Below, in pieces: positions 58,595 through 64,000 of a stretch of DNA of 64,000 nt. This stretch comes from Eledone cirrhosa (lineage: Eukaryota): positions 194,742,001 to 194,806,000 of the forward strand of contig OZ024743.1 in assembly GCA_964016885.1 (NCBI GenBank), given 5' to 3'. The notes beneath the pieces were generated by a model that was not told the DNA's origin, did not search any database, and saw only the letters and a program-made list of their open reading frames with translations. Both the position numbers and the translations under genes were made by a program. The first letter of the stretch is position 1. Each line of letters begins with the position of its first letter.

Positions 58595-59529
58595 TGATGG
58601 CAAACATTCAATTCTTAGTATCAGAAATAATCACCACTCCTTCAATTCCACATCTCTCTCTCGTGTATGTTACATTGTAGTTTATTGCAGGAGAATAAAA
58701 GCCCAGAGATGGATAACGCCGTTGTATCCTTTGCCCTCCTTATGACACTTCGCACGCCCATGATCTATATCAGAGTTACTCAAAGTGAGCGCTACCACCC
58801 TAGCGGGTGTTGAGAAGGTTCAGGTGAGGAAGGGTGGCTGGCGCCTAAATGGGTGGTGGGGCCGAGGGCAGTAGAGATGATATAATAGTATATTAAATAT
58901 CAACTGGCATATATATAAATAGAGTAAAATAAAAAAATATATAATATTTATTTAAACATAGTATATATTATTTTATTTATGAATTAACGATATTATTATT
59001 ATGTTATTTACAATTTGTGTGTAAGCTGGTCTCTCTGGAAATAGGGGTGAGGGTGCTGGAGTTATTACATGGCCGTAAGTTGGGCGGTGGCCGAAAACGT
59101 TTCAGAAATTGTGATTTAAATAAATAAAAAAAAAAGCCAAGTAAAATTGTATCTCGTTTTCACAATCAAGCCATTATTCCTGGTCTATTATAATCACACC
59201 CATTTGGCATACTACCGAACTAGTTGACAATTTAAATATATAAACATTTATTTATTTCTAAGCAGAAAAACAGACACTTATCTTTTCACACCCAGTCCAA
59301 AGCATATATCTCCAAAATAACCCACGCAAAAAACACTTTCTTGAATTTAACCCCCCCCCCCCCTACGTCACCCACACCCCAAGCCACAGAAAAAAGCACC
59401 GCCACCACCCGAAATGTAGAAAACATCTCTCTAAAAAAACTGCAACGGTGGGAACAACCGCAGTAACATTAATATTCCAATCAATGTTTTGAGCACTACT
59501 TTTCTTTGGGGTAATTGTATTGTAACAAC

Positions 59530-59584
<55 letters not shown>

Positions 59585-59651
59585 TGAAAAATGGCATGCT
59601 GCGTTGTTGCGAATATGAACATATGAATAAAAATAGAGTGAGAAACAAGAA

Positions 59652-59755
59652 TGTCCTTCATCAGTAGCCTGCTGATTATCATTGGAATTTCTTCGCATTA
59701 AAGACTAGATACCTAAAATCAGTGCAAGCGATAACTAAATTAAGTTATCGGGACA
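59652..59755 (-). ncRNA. Putative non-circularly permuted hammerhead ribozyme (diverged copy 3)
   Basis: Gap-free colinear homolog of 35077-35180, with conserved CTGATGA, GAAA and UH (ATC) and compensatory changes in three helices. Confidence 0.65.
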
Positions 59756-59864
59756 GAGGAAAACAGAGGAAAGGAAACAAACAACATGGTAGTAATGCGA
59801 CGTAAAGAGAGGAAAAGAGAGACAAGTCAATTAATCTTGTAGGCTTAAGTCCGACAAATCAAAT

Positions 59865-59917
<53 letters not shown>

Positions 59918-59999
59918 AGCAAGTGCAGCAGCTTAATGATTCCAGAACTTGGAAGGTAGGACCTTCTGAAGGAAAGAACAATGCTACCAGAAAACATAT

Positions 60000-60047
<48 letters not shown>

Positions 60048-60070
60048 CGTGTGTGTGTGTGTGTGTGTGT

Positions 60071-60108
<38 letters not shown>

Positions 60109-60138
60109 GAGAGAGAGAGAGAGAGAGAGTGAGAGAGA

Positions 60139-60188
<50 letters not shown>

Positions 60189-60814
60189 GACGTACTCCTT
60201 CTTCAAAGAATTGAAATTGTAAAGTAGGTTCTTTCAATCTTCTGAAATATATAACAAAAGTAACTATCAATTAGTATTGGAGATTGAAGTGATATTGGAG
60301 ATTTCAAGTCGAAAGTCCTGGACACAAATTAAGTACAGCTGAATTAACTTGCTCTTAACATACTGACTAAGTGGTTTTGAATTACAATGTAAGATTGGTA
60401 AAATTTATCGCATCCTAGTCATACACTACATATTACAAAATGGTATAGACGAGGATTTACTCGCATAGGAAATATATCTTTACACGATAATGCATTCATC
60501 AATATTATTTTCCTTGCAAGATTATGCATAAGTTTGTATGTTCGAACTTGTATTAAATAATTATAACAATTTGTGACTCTGCAATGTATAACTTGTATGT
60601 GGATGTATTTGTAAATAAGTATATATATATATATATATATATATGTTTTCTAAGGAGGGGTTGAAAGGGTTGTTAGAACCCAATGTGTCCTTGGAATGAT
60701 GGCTGCAATAAGAATAGGTGGTGCGACCAATTATTTTTGTGGTTTAGTAGGTGACCACAGCATAAGGTTTCCTCGAAGAAGAATATGCCCAAGTTACTGA
60801 GTCATTTTTTTTTG

Positions 60815-61089
60815 TGTGTGTATAGAACAAAGGATAAAAGACAGAAATCAGAGATAGGTAGTTACATAGGTCATTGTTTTACGATCATTTCAGAGGTTCG
60901 ATTGATCGTGGAATATCGATAGTTTAGTGTTTTTGAAGGAGACGGTCAATCGAACAGAAATTTTGATACTCTAACCAGTACCATGTTAGTCGATGCATCG
61001 ATCTTTGCGATCAATGGACTCTCTAAAACGATCGTGAAGCAATAAATTAAAGAACAACCTACCTAAGACTTCTGTCTCGTTTTCCTTGT

Positions 61090-61100
<11 letters not shown>
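60815..61100. mobile_element. Old inverted pseudo-LTR remnant with degenerate hammerhead
   Basis: 60815-60920 and 61006-61100 are diverged inverted arms; tgttt-ttgaagg-agac...ctct-aaaa-cgatc-gtg-aagca. Confidence 0.45.
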
Positions 61101-61163
<63 letters not shown>

Positions 61164-61914
61164 TACCAGAATATATAAACTACAAGAGTAATATTCTGGT
61201 AAATAGAGATTTGTGCTAATAGCATTTCAGGCTAAACCTAATACCACAGCCATCAAGAAAATATGACAAACGCTCTTATCAGTCATATGCTGTTGTAGTA
61301 TATTAAAGTTTCGGTGGTACAAACCACACAAATTATAATGCAGAAAAAGGAAAGATGAAAAATAAACTCCAATAAACGAAAAGACAAAAAAAAAACAACC
61401 CATAAAATAGTGAAACGTAACGTTGCTCAAGCTCCTATATTCATATAGTTATGCATCTATATATCGCAATCTGAGCATTGACGCAAGGAATCAGATATCA
61501 ATTCTGCACATTTTTGTGTCATCCGAGAAAATAAGAATGAGTAATGTTTTAGAAATAGAATCCTTATATAATTAGAATTGTACAATGAACAATGTACTGC
61601 TATTAAAGACCGTTAAAAAAGAAACGCTGTTCTCTAAAAGATAACAACGTCATTACGATATTATATATTTCTATTATACAGTTTTAGTAAGATACATATG
61701 TGTCATGGTATACATAAAGTAAAATTGTTTTTATTTTAAAGATATATCCCTCTGGTTGTTTTCTGATTCAGTTATTCTGCGTAAATATATATGTAAATAC
61801 CCCCCTCCCCACATATATATATATATACATTTAAATATACATAATATGTGTGTGTGAACGTGTAAGTATGTGAAATGTGACTGTATATGCATATTTATAT
61901 AAACAAACACACAT

Positions 61915-61946
<32 letters not shown>

Positions 61947-62746
61947 TATATATAAGTATGTTTGTATTTGTGTGTGTGTGTGTGTACGTATGTAAGTTTG
62001 TGTGCAAATATGAATTTCCCTAATGTAAGAGAAATCGATCGAAAAATAGTAAAATAACATTAACTTATTGGTTGTTAATACTACTGATCGAATATTCCAG
62101 ACGGCTTCCATTTCTGTTTACATTTCTATCATTATAGTAGAATTTTCCTTTAATCTAAATATTTTAAAAATTTTCATATATATTTTTTTACTTTGTCTGA
62201 TGGTTTATACATGTTAATGGTTATATATCTTAATTTCAGAATATCTACTCTTATTTCGCTGAAAGCTATATATTAGATTTTATAACAAGAAATAGTTTCG
62301 AAAACTTTGATGGATGGATATTCTTTGTAAGTATAGTTTTGTACATGAAAGAGACGTGTTAATTAATTAACAGTCCAATGAATTAATATATCTTACACTA
62401 ATTACTCGTCTATATTTTCTTCAATTATGACCTTATACAATTGATCAACTTTTCTTCTGTTTATTCTTAACCAATATATATTTTTATATTTTTGATAAGT
62501 CATATAAGGGAAACCCATCAATTGGTTGGACAATAGCATGAATCTAGATAATTCTGGTAGATGGTTATGCAGTGGCTATTGCACGAAAATATTATCAAAA
62601 TGAATTAAAATGTGTACTTTAATTACAAAATAAAAACAACAGGCTGGCTGTAATTGTATGCAACAATGTAAACAGTGTAAGTGTGTGAATTTAATTCTTA
62701 TGTATTTCTATATATTGTTGGGGTCATGCTGCCAATAAGAACAGGG

Positions 62747-62948
62747 CAGACCTGCAAGCCTATAAAAACCCGAACGGGGAGTACCATGAAAAAATGTGCC
62801 CCAAAACGGGGAGAAATGAGGCAAAAACGGAGAGATTTTACATAATGTAAGCTATACCCATTTTCACAAGAGAAGACATCTTTCACCTCCCGTCCCCGCA
62901 AAATGGATGCGAGATCTTACCGTCAGATGGAGAGAGTTGACAGGTCTG
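62747..62948. mobile_element. MITE-like element, homolog of 50644-50839
   Basis: cagacctg...caggtctg termini and a shared internal sequence. Confidence 0.65.
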
Positions 62949-62984
62949 GCACAGGCATTAGTTGATGTTTCATTTCGGTGTTAT

Positions 62985-64000
62985 CATTAAGTCAGGTAAG
63001 AAAGGGCAGTGGATTGTCGGAATTGGTAGAACATCTTAGAAAATACCATTGCGGTATGTTACTGACTCTATACATTCTTGGTCAAATTCTGACTAGGTCT
63101 ACCTTGCTTTTCTCAAAAAATTATGTTTTCACGTATTGTTATGATTTAGAGAGTCAATAAAAATCCTCTCATCGGTTGAGTGTCATTTCGGGTTTATTAT
63201 ATGTCATGTAAGGGCGGTGGATTGGCAGTATCGGAGGAGTCGGACACCATGCGTTACAGCATGGAGTTGCGGTCCTTTATGGTCTGAGTTCAAATCCCGC
63301 CGAGGTTTACTTTGCCTTTCATCCTTACGGAGTCGATAAAATAAGGCACCAGTAACGTACTGGGGTCGATTTAATCGACTTTTCCCTCCCACCAAATTAC
63401 TGGCCTTGTGCCTAAAGTAGAAACAATTATTAGTCAGGTAAAAGGCGGTGGGTTGGCAGTATCGTTTGATCGTCGTACAACTTGATTTGCAGAACAGAGT
63501 AACGGCCCTTAATGTTCTTAGTTCAAATCCCGTCGAAGTTATCTTTGCATTTCATTTTTACGGTGTCGATAAATAATGCACCAGTAATGCTATGGGGTCG
63601 ATTTAGTCGAGTTTTCCCTCTCCTCAAATTCCTGGCCTTGTGCCTAAAGTATTAATCATTATCAGCCAAGTAAAGGACGGTGGATTAGCAGTATGGATTG
63701 GGTGACGTACAACATACTGTGGAACATATATTTATGATCCTTAACTTTCTGAGCCCAAATCCCACCGAGGTTCTCTTTGCCTTTGATTCTTACAGGGTAA
63801 ATAAACAAAGGACCAGTAATACACTATGGTTGATTTAATCAAATTTTTCTTCTCCAAACATTGTTGGCCTTGTCTCTAAAGCAGGTAACAAAGGGTGAGG
63901 CATTGGATCAGTTGGTAGAGCATCGGTGAAAATGTTATTCAGGTATTTCTTCTGACTTTTTAGATACTAATTTTAAATCCCGTTGAGGTTAACTTTGCCT
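62985..64000 (+). mobile_element. Array of five head-to-tail Nin-domain SINEs
   Basis: Units start at ~63003, 63212, 63443, 63675 and 63898; each has A-box and (usually) gttcaaatccc B-box motifs and is preceded by a caggtaa-like flank. Confidence 0.85.

Noticed and set aside
59056-59105. ggcc...ggcc-gaaaacgtttc hammerhead 3' half
   Set aside because: No CUGANGA-like segment at the right spacing.
62985-64000. CRISPR-like or tRNA-gene array
   Set aside because: The units are ~200-bp SINEs with non-tRNA 3' domains, in a eukaryotic context with no cas genes.

Overview
AT-rich eukaryotic intergenic or intronic DNA, dense in (TA)n/(CA)n/(GA)n/(TAA)n/(GAA)n microsatellites and tRNA-derived SINEs. 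The repeat content suggests a cephalopod (octopod) genome; this is inference. No host protein-coding gene is supportable, and most listed ORFs are microsatellite translations. The window is a retroelement graveyard: two copies of a Tx1/L1-group LINE preceded by (TTA)n, an R4/Dong-type RLE LINE, Penelope-like (Naiad-type) RT/GIY-YIG elements with inverted pseudo-LTRs, RTE, CR1-group, CRE-like and Gypsy remnants, and many SINEs. It also holds a large set of hammerhead-ribozyme (HHR) motifs in small elements flanked by (TA)n. The most striking signal is a ~105-nt minus-strand RNA motif present three times (35076-35181, 35695-35800, 59652-59755). It carries all hammerhead core segments in a NON-circularly permuted, pseudoknotted order, and about 7 compensatory base-pair changes support its helices. 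A ~425-bp x3 tandem array with one minimal HHR per unit (retrozyme-like) lies at 37300-38657. All structures were read by eye; no folding or database searches were run.
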